Source: Octopus vulgaris
Taxonomy: Eukaryota
Assembly: GCA_951406725.2 (NCBI GenBank)
Contig: OX597816.1
Location: forward strand, 23,870,001-23,934,000
Direction: 5' to 3'
Length of the DNA stretch: 64,000 bases
Positions 63,868-64,000 of this stretch are shown one piece after another (position 1 is the first letter of the stretch; each line of letters starts with the position of its first letter). The notes under the pieces are model-generated. The model saw nothing but the letters and a program-made list of their open reading frames with translations, had not been told where the DNA came from and made no database searches. Both the position numbers and the translations under genes were made by a program.

Positions 63868-64000
63868 AACCGATGCTGGTGTGTTTACGTCCCGTAACTT
63901 AGCGGTTCGGCAAAAGAGACCGATAGAATAAGTACTAGGCTAATAAAGAATAAGTCCTGGGGTCGACTTTATCGACTAAAGGTGGTGCTCTAGCATGGCC
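63868..64000 (+). mobile_element. Family A SINE 3' half (runs off the window)
   Basis: AACCGATGCTGGTGTG...GGTGCTCTAGCATGGCC. Confidence 0.88.

Overview
Animal (metazoan) non-coding DNA, very probably from an octopus or other coleoid cephalopod, judging by tRNA-derived SINEs resembling the octopus OR/OK type and the extreme microsatellite load. I find no intact host protein-coding gene; almost all listed ORFs are microsatellite or SINE artefacts. The window is a mosaic of at least four SINE families, 5'-truncated LINEs (CR1/L2-type, RTE, Tx1/L1, HERO-like), decayed mariner/Tc1 transposons, Helitrons and MITEs. Main findings: (1) a set of hammerhead-ribozyme motifs inside short inverted-repeat, Penelope-like non-coding elements sitting in microsatellites; (2) a Tx1-type LINE that appears to target (GATA)n, plus a SINE sharing its 3' end that appears to insert into its own head and build tandem arrays; (3) a second SINE/LINE pair with a shared 3' stem-loop; (4) a U6 snRNA retrocopy fused to a SINE; (5) a compact cluster of HSE, UPRE and ETS motifs that looks like a promoter; (6) a near-identical, splice-site-bounded 107-nt non-coding segment duplicated about 36.6 kb apart. 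Coordinates were read by eye and repeat boundaries are approximate.
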